A stretch of 64,000 nucleotides of DNA. Source: the human T2T-CHM13v2.0 reference genome, Homo sapiens. This document shows, one piece after another, positions 13,678 through 26,025 of the stretch (its first letter is position 1; each line of letters opens with the position of its first letter). The stretch is taken from NCBI RefSeq assembly GCF_009914755.1, contig NC_060928.1; one strand, written 5' to 3'. The notes beneath the pieces are model-generated. The model made no database searches. It was not told the DNA's origin and was given only the letters and a program-made list of their open reading frames with translations. The position numbers and the translations under genes are program-made.

Positions 13678-14018
13678 TGTAAGAAAGATGGCTGCACTTT
13701 AGTCAGGAGGAGGCTGAGGCGGCCTTCCAGTGCAGAATGACTCAGCGGGTTTGCAGCACAGGCGCACAACCCCACACATTATGTAACCACGTCACGTGAG
13801 GCACATTAGGTAACCACTCACATGAACTTGTGCTTGGCTCGGAGCCACTATTGTCTGTAAAAGGTATAACTATCCTGCTGACAATATACATACGGCTGGC
13901 CCCCATAGAGAGAATAAAGCCATGTCACAACTGCCTAAGATTCCTCAAGTGTTTTTCCAGCTACCCACCACCTACCCACCCACTACTCTTGGATCTCAGC
14001 TTGGGCTTGAACCTGACA
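13678..14018 (+). mobile_element. Solo LTR18 (HERV-S/HERVL18 LTR)
   Basis: TG...CA termini, exact 5-bp TSD GCATA (13673-13677, 14019-14023), TATA-like GTATAA ~13864, AATAAA 13913-13918; homologous to the LTRs at 58291 and 60957. Confidence 0.9.
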
Positions 14019-14544
14019 GCATAGTGCTTAATGTAGTTCAGACATGGGATTAGGTGATTTTAAAATAATTTTTATCAATCAACATAGTAGAGCCTTTCTT
14101 TAGTCCTTTCTGAGTCTAAAAGACTTATACTATTTACATATTAAAAAAATGAATATCAACATTTCTGACTATTTTGACAAAGAGAATGCTGTAGGAGGCA
14201 TTTCTGTAAGAAAAGGGTCCTTGGGGAAACTTTTAACAAATTCTCTTTTCATGTAAACTTTCAAGAAACTGAAATTAAAATATGCTTAAGACTTTGTCCA
14301 TTTATATTTATTTCACAAATAGGAACAGCTACATATACAATAATTAAAGAACAAGTTCAAAAGGACAACTGATTTATGTCACTGTTAGGTCTCAAACCTA
14401 GAATTCCTAAAGATAAAAGTTTGGGTCTACGATTGGGCTCATCTTATATTTCTTTGGCAAAAGGTAGGAAAAATTGAGATGATATAAATTCTCTTTGCCT
14501 CATACTCATTTATTTTCCTCCTACTATCATAGTGATCATTTAAC

Positions 14545-14900
14545 TCAATTTAATTCTAGAAGCATTTATTCAGTAACTACTATGTACCAGATTCTGTGCC
14601 AGGTGCTCTGGATGATACAAAATTAAATAAGATATACTTAAAACTGGGCATACTTCAACTAAATGTGCTATTATTTTTATACTAGTGCTATGAATGGTGT
14701 AAGCAAGCCTCTTTTGAGAGAGAAGAGCTTCACGGAGAAGCAGATTTTGCTGGTGGTGAAACAGGGGAAGGTCATTCCTGGCAGAGGGAGCAGGTGAGCC
14801 CAGGTATGTTTTGGAACACTTAGTGCATGGGGAGTGTGCAGGAGATGAGGCTGGAAAGGAAGGACAGGGCAGGTTACTAAAGGATTTACCTGCATGCTCA
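14545..14900 (-). mobile_element. L2 LINE 3' relic
   Basis: CATTTATTCAGTAACTACTATGTACCAGATTCTGTGCCAGGTGCTCTGGATGATACA, typical reverse L2 tail. Confidence 0.55.
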
Positions 14901-16317
14901 AGGGTAACAAGGTTAAAGACTGTCTTCCATGAGCAATGGAGGATCAACAGTGTTTACAAAGAGTATGAGGCATGTGGAAGGAAAGCTAGGGATGTTGACT
15001 CCTGATGGCCCTGAGTCTCCTGGGGAGGTGAATGACAGGATTTCTGCTGCGACCCAGGAGTTAGCGGTGAGGTTAGGATACTGGGAAGAGTGCAGTCAAG
15101 TGTTGAATAGGTGCTGTAGGGGATAGAAAAGGAAGCCAACCGGTAATGAGCAACAAGATTGGTAAACAGTATCTAGCTAAAGATGAAAAACGTCACAAAT
15201 TTCTCATATAGCTAATTAGTATAGGTATACCAATTTTCTGCTGCAACATTCAACAGTCAAGGTACAGACAGTTGTGTTGATATCACTACTAATTCTTAAT
15301 TTCACAGACACATGTTGCTTGATGTCCCTGGAGTCCCCCAAATACTTGTAGTCACTCTTCTTTTATTAAGATCTGTGATGAAGGCCAAAAATGTGCTTTT
15401 GTGTCCTGAGGGGTGGGGTGGAAATATTTATCCAAGAATAGACATGACGCCTTTTTGACAAGAGACAAATGTTTCATTCAAATGCTGCATTTCGCATATT
15501 GGAAACTGTAATGAATTTTTGTGCACCTCTCTACCTAGTTCACAATGTCAGGCCCAGGCATTGAAGCACCTCAGGCTTCCCTCACAAAATTAAATTTAAT
15601 GCTATACCCTCCAGTAAAATGGTACATAAATCAAGCATTTGATTTGCATGGACTGCAGCAAGCAGCTCCGTTCTGGACAAATATAAACCCAACTCTGAAT
15701 ATTATGTCAGGGACAGGAACAAAGCAATCTAGGACTTCCAATAAAAGTCTGGTACCAAGGGTAATTCATGCTGGTATTACTGCTCTGTGTTAAGCCTGTT
15801 ATTAGAACTCTTGTTTTAACCTCCTTTTTTCATTTCAAAAGAAAATGTTTTTTTTTTTTTTGACCTCCCTGTATTCAGAAAACCAGTGCACACTCAAACC
15901 AGTACTATTTATAAACTGGTATCTACTAGGACAACCATGGGCATATTTATTTTCTTCCCCCACCTACCCCTACCAACATAGAGTACAGGAATGGGGTACA
16001 TATGAGTAATCAAGAGGAAAGAAAGAAAACAAAGGGCATGGAATAAAATATACCACAGGAGATTAGGTAACATGGATATTCACTAATGTTCTACCTTTGG
16101 CCATAGTCCCAAGAGAATGGAAAGAACAGTTTCAGGGCAGACAAGTATAAAAAACGATGCAATAGCCAAATTTAATGCACATTTGGATGCAGAACATGCA
16201 TCCAATTCAGGAAAAGTGAGCCTAACTATGCATCATTTGGTCTTGTTTCTGGCCTCCAGCATATGCTGAGTTATACATTTTCCTTATATTCATATTTTCC
16301 CCATCACAGGCTATCTG

Positions 16318-16353
<36 letters not shown>

Positions 16354-17250
16354 AAAAGTAAAATCACAGTGATCTGAAATTGACTGAGGCCTTGAGATAA
16401 GAAACATCTTTACAAATGCAAAATGAGCCCCCCCTTAATCCCCTGAGAACATAAATAGATCATGGACTTGCACATATTCTACTCTACATCAAGGCCTGTC
16501 ATGTTTATTCTGGAATGTTATAAGGGTATTACAAACAGAGCTCGCTCCTGAAGCCAAGTGCATTTCCAAGAAGGCACAGCTGTCCAGAACACATAACCAG
16601 GTGAAGATGTGATCCTGAGAGCTGTGCTGATGATTTGGTATCTGCAGTGTAATTTCTCCCAGCTGTCACCGAACATCTGTTCGAATTTAGAATGCTTCAA
16701 GATCTGAATAGGTGAAAGTAGGTGTCTGAAAACATAAATTTATGATGTTTTAAGAATAGTAAATTAGGATTCATTTGTGAATGGAATACATCAATACATA
16801 TGTATTAAATGGATACAATGTGTCAGTCACGGTGCTAGGTACTAAGGGGGATGTCAAAACAAAATCAGACCTAGACTCCACTTCCAGGGAATTTATAAAA
16901 ACAATTTAAAGTCTAAGAGATATATATAACTATCATACAAGATGAAAATGTCATAAGGTATATAGATATAGAAGAGGGATCAGCACATTGGAGGAAATCA
17001 GAGAAGGCTAAGCAGACAGGATTTGGCTGTATAAAATGGGGGTAGGAAAGGAGATACAGTGGGAGAAGAGCAAGGGAACAGGAAATCCCACGCACAGATC
17101 CTGCATGATGAATATTAACGAATGCCACACTACTGAATTAGTGGGTGAATGAAGACAGCAGAGAGAAATGAAACTGGAAAGGTAGACTTGGGGACAGGGA
17201 TAGAAGGATAGGGGACAGCCATTGAATACTGGACTAAGCAGTTTATTTTA

Positions 17251-17602
17251 TTTTATTTTATTTTTTATTTTAATTTAATTTAATTTTATTTAATTTAATT
17301 TAATTTTATTTTATTTTTGAGAGGAGTCTTGCACTGTCGCCTGGGCTGGAGTGCAGTGGCCTGATCTCGGCTCATTACAACCTCCGCCTCCCAGGTTCAA
17401 GCGATTCTCCTTGCCTGTCTCCCAAGTAGTAGCTGGGCTTACAGGTGCCCGCCACCATGCCCGGCTAATTTTTTTTGTATTTTTAGTGGAAAGGGGGTTT
17501 CACTATGTTGGCCAGGCTGGTCTTGAACTCCTGATCTTGTGATCCGCCAGCCTTGGCCTCCCAAAGTGCTGGGATTACAGGCATGAGCCATTGCGCCCGG
17601 CC
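17251..17602 (-). mobile_element. AluS (Sg/Sc-like) inserted in an L2 relic (~16800-17930)
   Basis: Full Alu with (TTTTA/TTTAA)n tail; 16-bp TSD TAAGCAGTTTATTTTA at 17235-17250 and 17603-17618. Confidence 0.95.
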
Positions 17603-20600
17603 TAAGCAGTTTATTTTAAAAATTAAGCAATATGGAGTCATTAGGGATCTGGGGGCAAGGAAATGACATGATCTACTCTGCACTTTTGGAAGCTTTATGT
17701 GGTCACAGTGTATAAGATAGATTAAAGAACAGAGATTGGTATTAAGGAGACTGGTTAATCCTAAAGAGAAGAAACAATAACCTAAAAAAAGAGGAGCAGT
17801 GGGAACTCATAAGAAGAGACAGAGTATTACGCAAGTAGAATCCATAGACTTGGCAACAGACTGGTGAACAAGATGAGAAGGTTGAAGATGATTCTGAGGT
17901 TTTGATTGAGTGAACAAAAGAGTCAGAGAAGTTAACAATAAACCTCAAAAAACTTAATTTTTTTCCTTTATCTTGAAAAGATCAATGCTTTTATAAAATA
18001 GAATGTAATGTAGTTGCATATCTTTTACCTGAGCTCAAAATTCAATTTACAGACACCTGCTATTGTAAGCCTTTTATTTCACACATAGTAATTTGGGTAA
18101 AGTTGAGTGAGTTACTTGGAGTTGGGAGAAAAAGGAGAAACAAAATATTTCTAAGTGGTTGCTGTGGTTATAAAATCAGCATGAAAGTTCTTGGCATTTA
18201 TCATCCTGATTATTACACTAATATTTTTAGAAATCATTACAGAGAGCCAGAGTTTACCATATCCCAAATAGAGCAAACAGCTAAGTGAAGGTACATTGAC
18301 CTCGTTGATCATGATTTAAAGATTCGTATTGGAATAGAACAGCATCCAGTCTTATCCAAGTTTATTTTGAAAGTACAGTCAGTCCACTTCATGGATAAGG
18401 TGTTTTCTAATTGACTGAAACACCAAGCAGGCTGATCTCTAAGCCACTCCATCAATACCCTTACAGAGAAAACCTGCATCCCCTTAGCCACCTCTCTCAG
18501 GCCAAGTGATTAAGTGTGCATTGGTCATTTAGCATAATAAATGTGAAGTAAGAGCGATTGAGTGTTGCCATGGGCCTCCTGCTGTGGAAATAAATGCCCT
18601 CCACCTTAGCATGCTTAGAGCAGACACAAAGAGTTTGCTTTAAAAGTGTTAAGGAGCCATAAGCACCCTTTTAGTTTTGAAACAGAGCCTTCAGGTAGTT
18701 AATCCTATCTGTCAGGCAATGTGGAAATGTGATCTGTTATCACTACCCTCTACATTTGAAATAAATCTATTTTAATGGGAAACAAAAAGTGGCCCTTTAG
18801 TGATCATTTTCTAAAATGTAACATGCACCTCCTTTAAGGGGCATTACTACCAGTATGGCAGAAATCACATGAACCTTAGAAATAGCTACTAGGGAAGGAA
18901 TGAAGACTCCATTTTGAAAATTTCTTCTTTGCTCTCAGAAATCAAAGAAAGAAGAGTGCATGTTGCAATGACAGAATCTATTTATCACTAAGCAAATGCA
19001 CAAAAGATATTGTTCTTTCTTAAGATTCTTAAGCATATTAAGGAAATTAGCTATATTAAATTCACCAAGTTTCTGATTTTGTAAATGTATTAAGTCAACA
19101 AAATCGCTAGTATAGTCTGGTTATTAATTCTAGTTGTCTCTGCTAGATTATTTGATCCAGGTTATTGCTACTGTAGAAGAGACATAGTTTCATATAAAAT
19201 GAAGCAAATGTTTGATCAAATTAGGTGCTATCATTTGAGGCGGGGCATATTGAAATTAATATCCTCACATCTCCACTTGCCATCCCCAGAAATTTGCCTC
19301 TGACCTGCAATAAATAGTTGTGGTTCTTGAGCTATTTAAGCCTGATTAAGGTATTTGTTATGCATTTGACAGTACACAATAGTGCACAATGTCAATTCTC
19401 AACTGTCATCATTATGATTAAAAAGGGTAGAAGAGAATGACCCCTATGTGGAACAAGTTGTAATAAATAATGAGAATGCCATGAACCTCTAACGCAATCA
19501 CAGGGTTTAGCCAAAGTGAATAAAAACCCTAGCAAGATCTCTAACAAAAAAGTTGCCAAACAGATTATGCTGGATTTTCTTATTCATAAAAATTATGTTT
19601 TGTTGTCCAGCTATGTAATATCCTCAATTGTTAGGGGATCTTGTTATGAATACTAATGAGAAGAATGCAATTGACTTCAGAGAAGCACCCCATATAACCT
19701 CCCTGTTAAAGGTTAGCTTATTGGAAGCTTTTTAATTTGAAAAATAATTTAGGTTAAAGGAGGCAGCCCAATCAAAATTCCAGCAAAGAGAAGACTTCAG
19801 CATTAGGAGAAATGCCTAAACCAGTGGTACAGCTGGGTTAAAAAAATCCTATAGACATTTTTAAAACCGAGGCCTGATAAGTGTTCATTGGTTTTGCTCA
19901 GCAGTCTTAAGACGAGCCAAATGACAGTAATTCAAGCCGGTCTCTCATCTTGAGAGGCCTCAAAGTGTGTCAGTGCAATGCCAAACATCCAGTTTGGCCA
20001 ACTTGTTCACTGAATTGTCTCCCCCTGAAAGCCCACTTTTAAACAATGATGAATTGAACAACAACAACGATGACAACAACAGCAGTAAAAACAACATTAA
20101 TCACAACTTTTAGGAAGAATCTACAAGGCATTGTGTTTAATACTTTTTGTGGATTATTCATTTATCAACAACTGAAGTTGATACTATTATTACCTTTTTC
20201 GTAAAAGAGGGGAAAAAGGTTGAGTAACATGCCTTGGCTATGTGGTGTATTTGGGCCTCAAACTCAGGCAGTCTAGTCATTCGTGTTCTTTCATCCATTA
20301 TGCTATATTTCTTTATGTACTGTATGTAAACAGATTTTTAAAAATCGAATCTTGTTTTCATTGTGGCAGAGATTGTTTTATTTAAAAGATTCTTAAGGTT
20401 ATTCTTCTTATAAAATTCTCATTCATTCATTTAAAAAATATTTATTAAGAATCTGCCATGTGCCTAGCACTGCTGATGCTAAAGGAACAAAGGATTAGAT
20501 ACAGTCCTTGACTTTAGAAAATCCTCATTGTGTCAACTGGGTTAATTTAAACTAAGGTACAACTATATTTATATATGTGTCTTTTGGGCATAACCATGGT

Positions 20601-20728
20601 CTTCATGTTTTTAATATGCTACTTAACGTCAAATTTGAATTTTCATGCCAAATTTGAACTTGCAAGCCTGGGCTATTATTTTTCCAAAGTGGAAGTAACT
20701 TCTATTTTTGTGGCTAATTACAAAAACG

Positions 20729-21057
<329 letters not shown>

Positions 21058-24000
21058 ATCAGGCGATACTTAGTAACACAAAGGAAAAAGTGAAATCCTC
21101 TATAATCCTTATCCAGTGACAACCATTACTAATACTTTTGTGCATTTCTAATTTTCTTCAAGAATTTTTCTTTGTCCTTTTTAACACTATCTTTAGTGTT
21201 TTATAACATGCTCAGTATACCTATTAACAATACTGGGTGAAATATCCTTCTATTCTTGGCCAATAAATACAAATTTACATAATCATTCCTAATTATGTAT
21301 AGAATGTTATTTACCCACACTTTATTTTATTCATCCCCTTTGTTGGACATTTAAATTGTTTCTAGTGTTTTTATTCTTGTAAACAATTTTTTGATGGCAC
21401 ACTTGTACATCATTCTCTTCATTCTTATTCCTGTAAGATTAATTTCCAGTAACAGAATTGCCAAGCCAGAGGCCATGCTTCCCTTAAGAAAAGCCCTTGA
21501 TAAAAATATATAGAATACTCTCTAGTTTGTAGAAAGTTTTACTCTTAGAAGTATTGCATGAAATTGCCGATTTTCTAACCCATCATGGTCAATATGATGA
21601 AAATGCACAATGTTTATATGGAGATTGATCACAATAAAATATTTTATATATATTATTTCATACATGCCTTACAACTGCCTGTGAAATAACTAAGGCCAGC
21701 TTATTATCTCCAATATATGGTTGAGGAAGCTGAAATTTATCAAGGTGAGATTCCTCTGGATCTAGCTGCCCATTACGATGATGTCTCCAGCCAATTTTGT
21801 TTCTGATGCTAAACATCAAGAGAAGAGTAAATTTTGCTTTACCTAAGTAATAGTCCTTCATTAAAGACCTTTCATTGTATATTTTTTTTCTTCCAGACAG
21901 GCCTGATAGAAGTCAGTCTGACTCTTCCTTGACCACTTTAAGCCCCAGTAGCCGGCCCAGATCCTCCCACGATTCTTGCTGCCTCCCGAACTGCAGTGTG
22001 AGCAAATGAGATAAGTACAAAATATTCCTACACCACTGGCTCCATGCTCTCCTCATATTCAATCATGAAGACTAATGAACCAGAGATGATTACGGTGGTA
22101 AAAATCCAAATGCAGATTTTTGCTGTCCTTACTAATGAGAGAAAAATATAGTAGACCATTGGCCTAAAGGCTCCAGATGCGATTCCTTTGTAACTTAGAG
22201 TGCATTAAAAAAGCTTCAGTCAGCAAGATAAGTTAATTTTTTTATGACCTTTATAAACTCTTTTAGCCTGTATCTCGGGAGCTTCTTAAAGATTAAATTT
22301 TAAAAAATCCTTTTAGCTCAGGCCAACACAGCATCTGAGTCTTTTTTGCTTCCAAGGCTACATCCAAAATCTATAAAAAAATTCTGTTCATGACAATTAT
22401 TGTCAAAGTAATGATTAGCTAACATGTCATTTTTAGTTTTTACTGTTCTTGCCTCTATGAGACTAATCCAATAAAGCTCACATCTTCTTAATGTAAAAGT
22501 TGCATGAAGGATGCATTATTCCCGTTGACTTTGCCTACATTTGCAAATTCTTGAAAAAGCAAATTGAATTGTCACTAGTGGCACCTCTTTCACAGGATGA
22601 TTGTTGGGTCAAAGTGAGAGTGTAGGGGACAAATATCAAGATTTTTGTTAAAAGAAAAAAATCCCTACCTAAGAACTGTAAAGCTGTATTAATATATAAT
22701 TGAGGCCATGGACTTTAGTAGACCATAAGGCACAGCTACCCAAGGTGATGGGTATAATTTTGCAGGGGGAGGAATGTCGGAGGAATGTGAAGGGCTCTTC
22801 ATTGATGGCATCACAAATTTAATTTATTATGTGAAACATGTAGTTTCTTCTCACCTCTTTGGTTGTAGGATAACTGCTCCTTTTAAACACTGTGCTTTTG
22901 ACTGGCTTGATTGGTAACTACAAAAGTCATCATCCTAGGCATCTGTCACTACTTCTATTACATCCAACCTACTGACCCAGAAAATCTGTGGTTGACACAA
23001 TTGATTTCTCTAAAAGATTCATTCAGCATTTATTTTATTTTTGACATCCACCTACAAGGTCCCACAGAAATTTAGTACCTACATCTCTGTGTAAGAGAAA
23101 CACAGCCCTTTATAAAAAGTGCATATCCTGAAGTGAGGAGCTGGAACAAAGCAGGAGTCTTGCTTAGAATGATTCACTGAAGTAACTGGATTTATTAAGA
23201 TGTATGTGAGCTTTGGTGACTATGCCACTGAAGACATTTGTGCTCACCTCGTGAGAGGCTGCCACTGGAAATAACAACAACTAATAATAATAATAAAAGG
23301 AAAGAAAAGACTCAAGTTATAAGACTTATCCTTGTATTATCAAACTACTCTGAATCTTAACCTTCTCTATGTCTCTTTCCCTTCTTTCCTCTCGGGATGC
23401 CTTCCTTTAGATCCCAGAAAGCATCTTGATTTCAAACTAAGATATACAAGCCACATGGCTTAAATAGATGCTTGACAGTTATCTATTACTTCCCATGTAT
23501 ATTGCCATGCTACCTCATTATATAGAAAGGTTACGTGATTCTTTTTTCAAGGCATATAGATAATTAACTGCCAGATTCAGAATTCACCCTTAATTGTTTA
23601 TCTTGTAAATATATTGGCATCTTCTCATGTGCTCTAAAATCTAATGACCTGGCTTGGTCATGCATCATCCTATGAATTTGCTGAGAAATGAGCAATGGGA
23701 GGGAATATAGAGGTCTGTATAAAATGGCAGTAGTGGTCTTTGCTTACTGAATTCATACATCTAAGTAGATTAAATTATTTCTCTTTTTATCTTGTTAGCT
23801 AAGAATTTTCAGCTTGGGCTGAGCCTCAGGTCCAATCAGGTATACTTAATATTTAAGATTTTTAAAATTGTTTTTCTAGTAATCCATATCTATAGTATTT
23901 TTATTTTTAGTAACTTAATGGTAATATTCAGGGGCCACATTTTCTGGGGAAATCCTTTTTTTCTAATTTGACACAGGACAATATAAAATGTTTTATTGAC

Positions 24001-25960
24001 TGTATACATAACTGTTCAGAAAGCTCTTATAGCGACTATCTTTTGTCAATTTCTTCTGATTCTACTAAACGTTGTTTTCATTCCATAACAAGAAATGAAT
24101 GAATGCAATGATTTTGGAGAGGAGGCAGTATCATTGGCTCTTTCAAAGATAAAACACTTCCAAGGTTCCTAGAACTGACTTTTACTATAGTGCCACCATG
24201 AAAGATCTGAAGATCATTATTTACTAGAAATAAAGGAACAAGGCAGAAATCGATGACTACACTAGATTTATGTTTCCCTTGCTTTCTATATACATCTCTA
24301 TTTGTCCTAACTTCATGGGGAGGATATTTAATACATAATGGAAGGAGCCTGTTGCTTTTGATTTATTTTTTGTTTATTATTTTTGGCATTCCATAGAGAA
24401 ATTCTGGAAATCAATACTGTCTCTCTGTGTGTGTATGTCTGAGTACCTTGGGCACAATATAGGTTTAAAGGTTCTAAAGGGACAAAGAAACCCCCTTCAC
24501 TGGCTGAGCTCTCTTTTATTATATCAAATTATAACATTTACTCATGAAAGAGAGTTGCCTTTCTTTCTGTGTATGTTTTACATGACATTGTGAGCACAGA
24601 CACAAAGGCTAATTTAATCACAATCACAAGAGCGAGATGATGCTTTGTGTATTTAAATTTATAGATTATTGCCCCCTCCTAGAGCCCAAGTGATTCTCAC
24701 CAATTCTAGCTAACTCTCTCTTAGCAATTTTATTAGAGAATTAAGATACATCTCAGGTGTACGTGGTAGATGAAGGCGCAATTCATAGAGGTGTTATGAA
24801 ATTTTAAATTTACTTTGAGTGAATAATGGGATAGTTGGTAATGCAGATGAGGTAAAATGAACCCTGTCTTTAAATAGTTTCTAATCACATATTTGGACTT
24901 AAAAACTACAGGTAATCAACACTAATTTATCAAGACCATGTGAACAGGAAATTATATTTAAAGGAAGTGATATGTGTTGCTATTGCATGAATTTATGACA
25001 GCTGGATAGAAACTCAGAAGGACAGAATACATGAAAAAAGAATGAAAGTAGCAAGGCTGTCCAATGTTACAAAACAGTGGAACAGCCCCATAGTAATTTC
25101 CAGCACCCCCAAACTGGCTCTTAGTAGTGTTGTCTTTTTTTTTGTTTTTTCCTCGTACAGAGACCAGAGAAAATTTCAGATTGGTTCTTCCTCTGGGGTT
25201 CTGGTTTCTTGTCTGAGAGACTTGCCTCACTTATGGCTGGTTGTAAGGACTAAGGTTATTGACTCTTTCTCCAGAGTATGACAATTCCATAACAATACAC
25301 TAAATGATAAACTGATTATAAACAACAGGAGAATACTTCTCATATCTAGTGTCAGTGTGCTGGATATAGAGGTCCAAAGGAAATTAGGAATATGTATTTG
25401 GAGTTCAGGAAAAATGACTACATATACAGGACTTGTCAGCATGAGGATAATTGAAGTGATTGGAGTGGTTAAGCTTTCCCTGGGAGAGTATTAGTTATAA
25501 AATGCAGGCAGAGGACAAAATCTTCAGAAATAGCAGCCCCCCAAAAGTTATGAGGATTCCTAGAAGGCTGAGAAAGCAGAGTTAGAATGAGCAGTAGTGT
25601 TATAGAAATAGTGTGCAGGTAATGCCACAGAAAGGCCATGCAGAATCAGAATTTACAAATGTTCACCGGCTTGACCTCAGGAGGTAATTGGTAACCTTTG
25701 CATGAACAGTTTCTGTGGCCACGTAATACTAGGTAATAACCATAAGTTTACTTTGGTTACACTTAAACAATGACAAGTGTTTGCACTTGTAATTTTCTTG
25801 ATCAAAGTGACGCCTATTTGAATATCAGCCAACATTTCTAGCTAAGACGTTTCTTAGCTAACTTTACATTTGTCATCATACCCCCAAAGTGAATGCACTT
25901 TTTGGAAAGGAGCAGTGTAGTCATGTTCCCTTTATTGAGTTTAAGCAAAGAATTGTTTTA

Positions 25961-25985
25961 TGTATATATACATATATATATGTAT

Positions 25986-26024
<39 letters not shown>
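25961..26024. repeat. (TA)n/(CA)n compound microsatellite
   Basis: Visible dinucleotide runs. Confidence 0.9.
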
Positions 26025-26025
<1 letters not shown>

